Shown: one piece after another, positions 22,935-32,387 of the stretch
Numbering within the stretch: the first letter of the stretch is position 1
Layout of the letters: each line of letters opens with the position of its first letter
Origin: an uncultured delta proteobacterium
GTDB lineage: Bacteria > Myxococcota_A > Polyangia > Polyangiales > B10-G4
Direction of reading: 5' to 3'
DNA: 64,000 bases
NCBI GenBank assembly: GCA_963727445.1
Contig: CAVSGI010000009.1
Span: forward strand, 160,001 to 224,000
Position numbers and translations under genes: made by a program
Notes under the pieces: model-generated
The model's database searches: none
What the model was told of the DNA's origin: nothing
What the model saw: only the letters and a program-made list of their open reading frames with translations

Positions 22935-23308
22935 ATGCCCCGCATTGCAGGCGTCGATATCCCGGGCCGTAAGCAGGTCCTCTATCTCGCTTCAGTACAT
23001 CTACGGAATCGGCCCGCAGATCGCGAAGGAGATCTGTGACAGGGCCGACATCCAGCCGGACAAGAAGGCGGACGACCTCGACGAGAACGAGGTGAAGCGG
23101 ATCCGCGAGGTCCTCGACCTCAACTTCAAGGTCGAGGGTGATCTTCGCCGCGACATCAACATGAACATCAAGCGCCTGATGGATCTCGGGTGCTATCGGG
23201 GTCTCCGCCATCGGCGCGGGCTCCCCGTGCGCGGCCAGCGCACTCACACCAACGCCCGCACCCGCAAGGGCCCGCGTCGTGGCGCGGCTGCCCGCCCGAA
23301 GAACGTAG
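22935..23308 (+). CDS. rpsM: 30S protein S13 (apparent +1 frameshifts ~22983 and near the stop)
   Basis: [10 protein letters not shown] then [28 protein letters not shown]; stop inferred at TAG 23306-23308. Confidence 0.92.
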
Positions 23309-23322
23309 ATAAGAGGACCGAG

Positions 23323-23716
23323 ATGGCCAAGCCCGCGAAAGCTTCGAAGAAGAAGACCAAGAAGAAGAACGTCGGCAGTGGGATCGCCCACATCCAGTCG
23401 ACGTTCAACAACACGATCGTCACGATCACCGACCTCGCCGGGAACACCGTTTCCTGGTCGAGCGCCGGCGCCCGCGGCTTCAAGGGCTCCCGCAAGAGCA
23501 CGCCCTTCGCGGCGCAGCTCGCCGCCGAGGACGCCATCCGCAAGGCGCAGGACCACGGCGTGACCTCGGTCGCGGTCTTCGTGAAGTGGTCCGGGCGCGG
23601 GCCGCGAGAGCGCGCTTCGCGCGTTCGGCAACGCTGGCATGCGCGTCACGCTCATCCGCGACGTCACCCCGATTCCCCACAACGGTTGTCGCCCTCCCAA
23701 GCGCCGCCGCGTCTGA
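23323..23716 (+). CDS. rpsK: 30S protein S11 (apparent +1 frameshift ~23587)
   Basis: [17 protein letters not shown], then [25 protein letters not shown]. Confidence 0.94.
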
Positions 23717-23736
23717 AGCTTAGAAGGTATTGAGAG

Positions 23737-24364
23737 ATGGCTCGTTACAACGGTCCGGTTTGTAAGCTCTGTCGTCGGGAAGGCATGAAGCTCTTCCTCA
23801 AGGGCGAGCGCTGCTACACCGACAAGTGCTCCTTCGACCGGCGTCCTTATCCGCCCGGCCAGCATGGCCAGCGCCGCATCAAGTTCACCGAGTACGGCAT
23901 CCGCCTTCGCGAGAAGCAGAAGGTCCGCCGCATCTACGGGATGGTCGAGAAGCAGTTCAAGCGCTACTTCAACGACGCCGACCGTCAGAAGGGCGTCACG
24001 GGTGAGAACTTCCTCTCGCTCCTCGAGCGCCGCCTCGACTCGCGTCACCTATCGTCTCGGCTTCGCCGCGACGCGTTCGGAGGCGCGCCAGCGGGTGCTC
24101 CACCGTCACATCCAGGTGAACGGCAAGACGGTCAACATCCCGAGCTACCGAATCAAGCCGGGCGACGTCGTCTCCGTCAAGGAGAAGAGCCGCAGCAAGC
24201 AGCGCATCGTCGAGTCCCTCGAGGGGGCCGAGCGGCGCGGGATTCCGGAGTGGCTCGAGCTCGACAAGGGCGCCTTCACCGGCACCGTCAAGACGCTCCC
24301 CATCCGCGAAGCCATCACGCTTCCGATTCAAGAACAGCTCATCGTCGAGTTCTACTCGCGGTAA
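23737..24364 (+). CDS. rpsD: 30S protein S4 (apparent +1 frameshift ~24043)
   Basis: [27 protein letters not shown] / [14 protein letters not shown]. Confidence 0.95.
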
Positions 24365-24388
24365 TCGCACCAGGGTCCAGGAGAACAG

Positions 24389-25412
24389 ATGAACCAGCTC
24401 ATCGCGCGCAACTGGCGGGACCTCATCCGCCCGAAGACCATCCCCGTCGACGAGGACACCCTCACCGACTACTACGGGAAGTTCGTCGCCGAGCCTCTCG
24501 AGCGCGGCTTCGGCCTCACCCTCGGGAACTCGCTCCGCCGGGTCCTGCTCTCGTCGCTCCAGGGTGCGGCGATCACCGACGTCAAGATCGATGGCGCTCT
24601 GCACGAGTTCACCTCGGTCCCAGACGTCGTCGAGGACGTCACGGAGATCGTCCTGAACCTGAAGGAGGTCATCATCAATTCGCACACCACCCAGTCCGGT
24701 GCAGGTGCGGATCGACAAGGAAGGCCCCTGTGAGGTCAAGGCCGGCGACATCGAGAAGTCGGACCAGATCGAGATCCTCAACCCCGACCACGTGCATCTG
24801 CACCGTGTCGAAGGGTGGCCGCTTCTCGGCCGAGCTCACCATCAACGTGGGCCGCGGCTACGTGCGCGCCGACCGCAACAAGGCGCCGGGCACGCCCATC
24901 GGCACCATCCCGATCGACGCGCTCTTCTCGCCGATCCGCAAGGTCAACTACACGGTGACCAACGCGCGCGTCGGGCAGCATGACCGACTACGACAAGCTC
25001 ACCCTCGAGGTCTGGACGAACGGGACGGTCAAGCCGCAGGACGCGGTGGCCTTCGCGGCGAAGATCCTCAAGGAGCAGCTCAACGTCTTCATCAACTTCG
25101 AGGAAGAGGAAGAGCCGGTCGAGCAGGAGGCCGAGGAGGAGCCGCTCAACGAGAACCTCTTCCGTTCGGTGGAGGAGCTCGAGCTCAGCGGTGCGCTCGG
25201 CGAACTGCCTGCAGAACGCGTCAACATCCACATCATCGGCGAGCTGGTCCAGAAGACCGAGGCCGAGATGCTCAAGACGAAGAACTTCGGCCGCAAGTAG
25301 CCTGAAGGAGATCAAGGAGATCCTCGCCGACATGGGCCTGTCCCTCGGCATGAAGATCGACAACTGGCCCCAGATGCTCGAGCGCTGGAAGGGTCAGCAG
25401 GGCGGCAGCTGA
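24389..25412 (+). CDS. rpoA: RNA polymerase alpha subunit (about six apparent indels)
   Basis: [58 protein letters not shown], distributed across frames. Confidence 0.95.
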
Positions 25413-25452
25413 AAGAGATTGGCGGCGGTGAACGCGCCGCTGGAGAAGGACG

Positions 25453-25974
25453 ATGCGACATCAGAAGGCAGGCCGGAAGTTCGGCCGTAACACCAGCCAC
25501 CGCCGGGCCATGTTCCGGAACCTCGCGGGGAACTTGATCCTGCACGAGAGGATCGAGACCACCGAGGCGAAGGCCAAGGAGCTCCGTCGGGTCGCCGAGC
25601 GGCTCATCACCCGGGCCACGCGCCTCGGTGACGACCTCACGGCGGACATCGGCAAGCTGAAGGACGAGGATCGCGAGCGCGTCGTCGCGCGGCGCACCCA
25701 CGCCCAGCGTAAGGTCGCCGCGTTCCTTCCGAAGCGGATGAGCCGGACGACCGGCGACGGAGACGTCGAAGAGGTCGATCTGGTTCACAAGCTCTTCCAC
25801 GACATCGCCCCGCGGTACATGGACCGCATCGGCGAGGGCAAGGGCGGCGGCTACACCCGGATCATCAAGAAGATCCGCCGCAAGGGCGACAACGCCCCGA
25901 TGGCGATCATCGAGCTCATCGGCAGCGAGACGGACTTCAGCGAAGACGCTGGGGACGACGACGACGACGAGTAA
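25453..25974 (+). CDS. rplQ: 50S protein L17
   Basis: [42 protein letters not shown]. Confidence 0.97.
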   Translation: MRHQKAGRKFGRNTSHRRAMFRNLAGNLILHERIETTEAKAKELRRVAERLITRATRLGDDLTADIGKLKDEDRERVVARRTHAQRKVAAFLPKRMSRTTGDGDVEEVDLVHKLFHDIAPRYMDRIGEGKGGGYTRIIKKIRRKGDNAPMAIIELIGSETDFSEDAGDDDDDE

Positions 25975-26022
25975 CGGATAACGGCTCGTGCGCAATGAGG
26001 CGCGCGTGTTGGGAGAGGCGGG

Positions 26023-26050
26023 AGCCCGGGTCGAGAGACTCGGGCTTTTT
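26023..26050 (+). terminator. Intrinsic terminator ending the ribosomal operon
   Basis: AGCCCGGGTC-GAGA-GACTCGGGCT + T run. Confidence 0.85.
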
Positions 26051-26060
26051 GCCGTTAACG

Positions 26061-26190
26061 GCGTTGGCGTTGGCGTTGGCGTTGGCGTTGGCGTTGGCGT
26101 TCGCGTTGGCGTTGGCGTTGACGTTCGCGTTGGCGTTGACGTTCGCGTTGGCGTTCGCGTTCACGTGGGCGTTCGCGTTCGCGTTGGCGT
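26061..26190. repeat. Hexamer array (GCGTTG/GCGTTC/ACGTTC)n, ~21 units
   Basis: Direct reading. Confidence 0.97.
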
Positions 26191-26192
26191 GC

Positions 26193-26261
26193 GGCTCTTC
26201 TTCGCTTCGCTCGAACTCGCCGCGAGGGGGACGGCTCTTCTTCGCTTCGCTCGAACTCGCC
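26193..26261 (+). repeat. Two copies of 29-bp repeat GGCTCTTCTTCGCTTCGCTCGAACTCGCC
   Basis: 26193-26221 and 26233-26261, with an 11-bp purine-rich linker. Confidence 0.97.
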
Positions 26262-26276
26262 TTCGAATGAGGGCGT

Positions 26277-26436
26277 GGGCTCCTTTGCTCGGGCGGCCGC
26301 GAGGGTGCCGCCGTGCTCGGCCGCGTCAAGGCTCGCGCCGCCGGAGGCGGCGCGACCGGAGCTCCGCTCCGGCTGAAGGCCTTGACCCGGCCTGCGCGCG
26401 GCGGCGGGGGGCCGGCTTTCACGAGCAAAGGAGCTC
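26277..26436 (+). promoter_or_regulatory. Structured leader, copy 1; closing stem sequesters the SD
   Basis: GGGCTCCTTTGCTCG (26277-91) pairs with CGAGCAAAGGAGCTC (26422-36); five internal helices. Confidence 0.65.
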
Positions 26437-26440
26437 AAGC

Positions 26441-26767
26441 ATGAAAGACTTCAAGTGTTACCAACTCTCTCTCGAAGGTGTGCGGCTGGTGAGGCCGTTG
26501 ATCGAGGGGATCGAGAGGCATGACCGGGATCTGGGGCGTCAGCTGCGGAGGTGTCTGAGCAGTGTGCCGTTGAATGTTGCCGAGGGGAGTCGCTCGAGCG
26601 GGAAGAACAAGCAAGCGCGGTATGCGAACGCGATGGGCTCGGCCCGGGAGGCGGTCGCGTGTCTCGAGACGGCAGAGGCGCTGGGATATCTGAGGCAGGA
26701 GGCGCTACCGGTGCCGATCGACAAGCTCGAGCACGTCGTCGCGATTCTCTTCAACCTCTGTCGGTAG
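26441..26767 (+). CDS. Four-helix-bundle protein (23S rRNA IVP / Avd-like fold), copy 1
   Basis: DLGRQLRRCLSSVPLNVAEG..ANAMGSARE..LETAEALGY matches the family pattern QLRRA..S...NIAEG..A.GS..E; 108 aa; SD AAGGAG. Confidence 0.88.
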   Translation: MKDFKCYQLSLEGVRLVRPLIEGIERHDRDLGRQLRRCLSSVPLNVAEGSRSSGKNKQARYANAMGSAREAVACLETAEALGYLRQEALPVPIDKLEHVVAILFNLCR

Positions 26768-26850
26768 CCGGGGCAGCGAGTGACGGCCGCCTGTGGATCG
26801 CCGGCGGCCGTCGCTCTGCGGACTCGCCGCCAGAACCGGGTCATCCGGTT

Positions 26851-27177
26851 CTACTTGCGACGCAGCATCCATAGGAGGCCGAGAAGGGCTGCGCCGACTA
26901 TGCCGATGGTCAGGTAGGAGAAGCTCACCGGATGGCTCGTGGGAGGCGTGTATGGGCGCATGGAGAGCTGGTCGATCTCGCGACGCGTTTGCTCCCGGCG
27001 TCGCCGGCGCTCGATCCCGCGTTTGGTGCGCCGGTGGTCGAAGCCAACCTGGCAGCCGCCGCCGGCGCTGTGCGCCCCGAGCGACGCTCCGTCACTCCCG
27101 CCTCCTGCCGAGGCGAGCCCAGCGACGAGAAGTCCCGCGCACCACAGGCGCGCGAGTCGACCGTGCCCCCTTCCCAT
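26851..27177 (-). CDS. Hypothetical small protein with C-terminal TM helix and basic tail
   Basis: MGRGHGRLARLWCAGLLVAGLASAG...LTIGIVGAALLGLLWMLRRK; start uncertain. Confidence 0.45.
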   Translation of the reverse strand: MGRGHGRLARLWCAGLLVAGLASAGGGSDGASLGAHSAGGGCQVGFDHRRTKRGIERRRRREQTRREIDQLSMRPYTPPTSHPVSFSYLTIGIVGAALLGLLWMLRRK

Positions 27178-27268
27178 GCAGAGACCGTAGCACGCTGCAC
27201 GCGAGCGGCCCTGGGGCGCGCGACATGACTCGAAGACAAGCGAACGAGCCGAATCGACGGGGGGGGCC

Positions 27269-27410
27269 GCGTTGGCGTTGGCGTGAGCGTGGGCGATGGC
27301 GTTCGCGTTGGCGTTCGCGTTGGCGTTCGCGTGGGCGTTCGCGTTGGCGTTCGCGTTGGCGTTGGCGTTCACGTTCACGTTCACGTTCACGTTCGCGCGG
27401 GCGTTCGCGT
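27269..27410. repeat. Hexamer array (GCGTTG/GCGTTC/ACGTTC)n, ~23 units
   Basis: Direct reading; unit order differs from copy 1. Confidence 0.97.
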
Positions 27411-27412
27411 GT

Positions 27413-27558
27413 GGCTCTTCTTCGCTTCGCTCGAACTCGCCGGAGGAGGTCGGCTCTTCTTCGCTTCGCTCGAACTCGCCGGAGGAGGTCGGCTCTTCTT
27501 CGCTTCGCTCGAACTCGCCGGAGGGGGTCGGCTCTTCTTCGCTTCGCTCGAACTCGCC
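27413..27558 (+). repeat. Four copies of the same 29-bp repeat, 39-bp period
   Basis: Starts 27413, 27452, 27491, 27530; linkers GGAGGAGGTC twice and GGAGGGGGTC. Confidence 0.97.
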
Positions 27559-27573
27559 TTCGAATGAGGGCGT

Positions 27574-27732
27574 GGGCTCCTTTGCTCGGGCGGCCGCGAG
27601 GGTGCCGCCGTGCTCGGCCGCGTCAAGGCTCGCGCCGCCGGAGGCGGCGCGCCCGGAGCTCCGCTCCGGCTGAAGGCCTTGACCCGGCCTGCGCGCGGCG
27701 GCGGGGGGCGGCTTTCACGAGCAAAGGAGCTC
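27574..27732 (+). promoter_or_regulatory. Structured leader, copy 2
   Basis: Nearly identical to 26277-26436. Confidence 0.65.
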
Positions 27733-27736
27733 AAGC

Positions 27737-28063
27737 ATGAAAGACTTCAAGTGTTATCAACTCTCTCTCGACGCCGTGCGGTTGGTGAGGCCGTTGATCG
27801 AGGGGATCGAGAGGCATGACCGGGATCTGGGGCGTCAGCTGCGGAGGTGTCTGAGCAGTGTGCCGTTGAATGTTGCCGAGGGGAGTCGCTCGAGCGGGAA
27901 GAACAAGCAAGCGCGGTATGCGAACGCGATGGGCTCGGCCCGGGAGGCGGTCGCGTGTCTCGAGACGGCAGAGGCGCTGGGATATCTGAGGCAGGAGGCG
28001 CTACCGGTGCCGATCGACAAGCTCGAGCACGTCGTCGCGATTCTCTTCAATCTCTGTCGGTGA
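27737..28063 (+). CDS. Four-helix-bundle protein, copy 2
   Basis: Differs from copy 1 at two residues (EG to DA). Confidence 0.88.
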   Translation: MKDFKCYQLSLDAVRLVRPLIEGIERHDRDLGRQLRRCLSSVPLNVAEGSRSSGKNKQARYANAMGSAREAVACLETAEALGYLRQEALPVPIDKLEHVVAILFNLCR

Positions 28064-28077
28064 TGATCTCGGCACGG

Positions 28078-28230
28078 CGGCCATTGCTCGCAGGATGACA
28101 ACCAATTCTCCGCGCAATGGCCGCTTTGCGGCCAATGCTCTCGGGATACGCCTCCATCCCCCGCGTTGTGGCCGCATTCCGGCCATTGCGGCTGGGATGA
28201 CCCTTCATCCCCTGTGTTGTGACCGCGATG
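28078..28230. repeat. Three tandem 51-bp degenerate palindromes (REP/BIME-like)
   Basis: Units begin CGGCCA at 28078, 28129, 28180; unit 1 stem CGGCCATTGC/GCAATGGCCG. Confidence 0.8.
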
Positions 28231-28277
28231 ACACTCACGGCGAACGTCCCGCGACGCGCTCGACCTGGCGAAATCTC

Positions 28278-30615
28278 TCAGCAATCTGTAAAGCCCCCTG
28301 CCATCGCGCAGGTGTCCACGTCACCCACGATCCCATCGACCCCGGCCGTACCGTCGTTGCCGTCCTGCTCACCTGCGGGGGCCGTTGGGGCCGAGGCTCC
28401 GCCCGCGCCGCCGGTCCCCGCGCTTCCGCCGCTGAAGGCGCATCCCTGCCGGATGGTCGAGGACTCGCTGAAGATGCCCATGGACACGCCGCCGGCTCCG
28501 CCGCCGCCGCCGCCACCATGCCCTCCGTGCGCCCCCGCGGCCCCTCGCCCTCCTGGCCCTGAACCTCCGGCTCCCAGCCCCCCGGCCGCGCCCGCGCCGC
28601 CGCTCTGACCGCGCCCGCCCACGCCGCCCGCGCCGCCGGCGCCCCCGTCACCTTGCACCACGTCGCAGTCCGAGAGGTCCAACGTCGCGTCGACGGCGAA
28701 CACACCGAAGCTCCCGCCGCCGCCACCCCCGCGGCCGCCGCCCGCCAAGGCGGCGCATCCCCCGGCGCCGCCGCCACCGCCGCCTGCGCCATGAGCGTCG
28801 GTGCCCGCATCGCAGCCCCCACTGCCCGCGCCGCCGCCGCCGCCCGAGCCATTCTCCCCGGTCCCCCCCTGGCTACCGCTCGCGGCCACCCAGTAGTCGC
28901 CCATCATCAGGCCCCGTGCGTTCATGGCACCGATTCCGGCCCTGCCGTTGCTCATGCGCCCCTCGTACCCCGAGCCCGTGAGCCCACACGTAGTGCCGTT
29001 CAGCCCGCCAACGCCCACGTATGTCATCATGTTCGAGTAGGCCGCGTTCCCCCCGGGGCCGCCGGGTGTCGCCCTGTAGTCGAGCGCGGAGCAGTCGGCG
29101 TCCATCTTGCCGCCGACGCCGCCACCGCCGCCGCCCGGAAGCGTCGTGCCCGGACCGGTGCACCGGTTGTTCCCCCCCGGGCCTCCCGCCCCACGCGTCG
29201 TGTCGTCGCAGACCGTCGCGTAGTAGTCCGCGTTGCCGCCGCCGACTCCGTTCATGTAGCCCGCTGAATCGACCATGGGCGCGTCCACACCCGCCGTTCC
29301 ATCAGCGCCCGCTACGCCGTTACCCGCTTGGATCGTCGCCCTCACGATATCGAAGCCCGGAACGCGCGCCGCGTGCACGACGTAGGTCGACGCCCCCGCT
29401 CCCGACGCATCCGGTCCGACCAGTACCAGACCGTCGAGCGTGGGCGCGACGGTGAGATCGTGGGCGTTCACGGTCAGGTACTGGCCACTGTCGGTGTCGA
29501 GGCCACCCCGGATGAGGGTGCGGTGCGTCGACTCACTCCTGTCACCGCGCACCCAATCGGCGTCGTAGCCGCCGAAGATGCGGATGCCGTCGCTCAGCGT
29601 CACCACCTCGTTGTAGGCGCCGGCCATGACGAAGAGGTCGTCGCGGCCTTCGGCGGCGGCGCGCGTCATTCCGTAATCGATGGTGCGGCAGGGCGTGGCG
29701 AAGTCGAGGCCGCAGCTCGAGGAGTCATCACCGGCGGTGCCCGACACCAGGATCCCCTGCGTCAGGTCCCCGTCGATGCCGTCGCAATTCGAGTCGACGA
29801 AGGAGCCGTCCGGGTCGTCGGATTCCGGGGGCGACTGCGCACTCGCAGCCGTTGCTGGGGTCACGGTCGGCGTCCCCGTAGCCCTCCGCGCACGAAATGC
29901 CGCAGGTGCCCGCGTTGCAACCTGCCACGGCGTGGACCTGCGCAGGCGTGGTGTCCGGACACACGACGCAGTCGTTCGTGCCCGTCGGGCCGCAGTGCAT
30001 CGCGTCGTTCAGGTGGTCGGCCGGCGTTTGCACGCAAGCGCTCATGGACTCGACGCACTCGTCGATGGTGCAGCTGTCGTCGTCGGTGCAGTCCGGCATG
30101 CCGACGCTCTGGCACGCGCCCGTCACGCAGACCTGGACCCCGCCGCAGAAGCCGCCGTACCGGGCGCAATCCGCGTCGGATTCGCAGGTTCCGCTCGGCA
30201 CACAGCCCCTGCCGACACCGCAGACCGTTCCGCTCGGGCACGAGCTGTCGTCGGGGGTGTTCTGGCAGGCGTCGGTTGCGGCGAGGCACGTGTCGACGGT
30301 GCACACGAAGCCGTCGTCGCAGGTGGGCGGCGGGTCCTGGGTGCAGATCCCGCGCTGGCACGTGACGGTGCCATTGCAGAAGACTCCGTCGTCGGCGCAG
30401 TCGTTGTCGGTGGTGCAGTCGCCGCCGATCGCGACGGACCCGTCCGCACGTCCCCCGTCGGCCCCCCCGTCGGCCGGCTCCGCGTCGGAGCTCGAGCTTT
30501 CGGAGCCGCAGGCCGCAACCGTCATGACGGTCAGGCAGGCTCCCACGAGCAGGGCAGCGGGCGAGTCGCAGGGTCGAGAGGGCAAGAGACCGACGGATAT
30601 TCGCATTGCGGCCAT
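28278..30615 (-). CDS. Cys-rich / Gly-rich (PGRS-like) lipoprotein, split by an apparent +1 frameshift ~29830
   Basis: VAAC lipobox, CDDGFVCTVDTC repeats, SNGCEC joining DSNCDGIDG, then GGAGG-rich C terminus; span is 3n+1. Confidence 0.75.
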
Positions 30616-30723
30616 GGTTGCATTCTCACCTGGAGAACCAAAGTCCTATTGGGAAACGGTCCGGTCACACGAACGCTAACGCGGCGGCTGCGGGCTCGCC
30701 GGAAAGCGCTCGCGCGATGGCGT

Positions 30724-31299
30724 CTAGTTGCAGACGTAAACGTCGAAGTCGCCGGCGAAGGTGGCTCCTGCGCCGTTGACGTCGATCGAGCCGGTCGCTC
30801 TGCCGTCTGCGATGGCGTCGAGGGTGGCGACGATCGTGTCGGAGCTGGAGTCCGTCGAAGGAACGGAGAAGGCGATGCTGTTGTCAGGGTCGCGGTCCAC
30901 CCAGGTGAGCTGAAAATGTTGGGACGAGTCCGGCGCGGTGTCGCCGTAGAAGTAGAAGTAGACGCTGACGTTGGCCGCAATGTCGGGCAACGGTTGATCG
31001 CAATCGAGCACCAGGTCGGTCATGACCAGCACGTTGGTTCTCGTGCTGAAGCTTCCCCCGTCGGCATTCGTATCTCCGATCTCGAAGGTCTTGAAGTAGC
31101 CGTACCTGAGCTCGAGGGGCGTGGGGTCCGCTGAGTACTCCGAGTTGCCTTCTCCCGAGATGGGGCTCATGGCGGTGACGGCTGGCGTGGCCCCATCGAC
31201 AGAGCCACCGTCGCTGCCGGAATCGCCTCCACGGACGCGGTCACCACCGCATCCCGTAGCAAAGACGAATACCAGGCCAATGGCGAAACGGACGAGCAC
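30724..31299 (-). CDS. Hypothetical lipoprotein
   Basis: VLVRFAIGLVFVFATGC lipobox, DSG/DGG linker. Confidence 0.6.
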   Translation of the reverse strand: MLVRFAIGLVFVFATGCGGDRVRGGDSGSDGGSVDGATPAVTAMSPISGEGNSEYSADPTPLELRYGYFKTFEIGDTNADGGSFSTRTNVLVMTDLVLDCDQPLPDIAANVSVYFYFYGDTAPDSSQHFQLTWVDRDPDNSIAFSVPSTDSSSDTIVATLDAIADGRATGSIDVNGAGATFAGDFDVYVCN

Positions 31300-31351
31300 G
31301 AGGTGTGATGGTATCGCCTTCCGCTCGGGCGCACGAGCACATCCGAGTCGG

Positions 31352-32330
31352 TTAGAGCTCTCCGGTCGATCCTGGCGTGACCGCGACCGGGTCGGCGAGC
31401 TCGGCGCCTTCGTATCGATTCGGTCGCCGAGTCGTACGGGTAGATGCTTCTCGAGACTGAGAAGCTGCAGTCGTGCCGGTCCCAGTCGAGGTAGGAGTCG
31501 TCGTGTACGGGGTGACCGTCGGGCCAGCTGTCGGGGCGCATTTCGCATCGATAGGGAAGGTGGGCTGCGATGCGTACGACGAGATCGAGGTCGCCATCGC
31601 CGTCCTCGTCTCGGAAGCGGCGAATCGCCGTGCGGTTCGGTCCTCCGTCGCCACCGTGACCGTCGTCGCCGATGTCGATCCCGATCACGCCGTCGAGTGA
31701 GTCGGCGTCCAACACTGCGAGCTCTCGGTGGACGATCTCGTAGGTGCACTCGGGAGGCTCGGCGTTGGCGTACTCCACGACGACCTCCTTCGAACGATCC
31801 CGATCGACGTCGGCCAAGGTGAGATGGTCCAGCTCGATTCGCTCGTCACTCTCTCCGAGCGCCAGGTACGCGTCGAGACTGGGCGCCCGGCCCTTCCATT
31901 CGGAGAAGCGCGCGAGGTAGCCCCGCTCGCCGTGGGGCACGTCGAGGGCGCATTCGTTGCAGCCGTCTTCCTCGCAGGTCGCGAGGCAGTGGTCCAGCAC
32001 CTCCTGGGCGGCGGCGAGCTGCGGCTCGAGCGTCCCGTCGGCTGCGCGTTGCGCGCGCCACTCCGCCTCGCGGTCGATGAGGACCACCCCGAAGACCACG
32101 CGGTCGCCCCGCCGGTTCTCGAAGGCGACCGACTCGTAGTAGAGGCGCGCCGCTTCGCCGAAGTGGCGGGTCGTCAGCGTCGCGAAGCGCGCGTCCGCGC
32201 GGAAGCCCTCGATGGGGTCCTCCGAGAGGCCCCGGGACGGAACCGCGCGCATCGGATCGAGGCGCGAAACCACCGCCGCATCGCCTGGGAGCCACGCCTG
32301 CGTGTGTCCGCACCCACGCACCCTCGAGCC
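31352..32330 (-). CDS. Hypothetical protein with DxDxD loops; ends uncertain, probable frameshift near the 3' end
   Basis: LADVDRDRSKEVVV and DEDGDGDLDLVV within ORF 31167-33239. Confidence 0.45.
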
Positions 32331-32358
32331 GACAGGCGGAAATTGCCGGCAAGGAACG

Positions 32359-32375
32359 TGGCACGGGGATTGATT
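32359..32375 (+). promoter_or_regulatory. Putative sigma54 promoter
   Basis: TGGCACGGGGATTGAT; -24 perfect, -12 has A for the conserved C. Confidence 0.4.
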
Positions 32376-32387
32376 CATTCCCGGGGC

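Noticed and set aside
24389..25412. Programmed frameshifting or pseudogenisation of rpoA and r-protein genes
   Set aside because: No common slippery motif, all changes are insertions, and the genes are essential; sequencing error is more parsimonious.
26441..26767. 23S rRNA intervening sequence
   Set aside because: No rRNA sequence flanks the gene; the family name is historical.
27413..27558. CRISPR array
   Set aside because: Spacers are only 10-11 bp and almost identical; no cas genes in the window.
25937..27734. ORFs with ANANAN / VGVGVG / ALALAL tracts
   Set aside because: Translations of stop-free hexamer arrays, open in several frames at once.
26441..28063. Diversity-generating retroelement (Avd-like gene with TR/VR pair)
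   Set aside because: No reverse transcriptase in the window, and differences between the copies are not adenine-specific.
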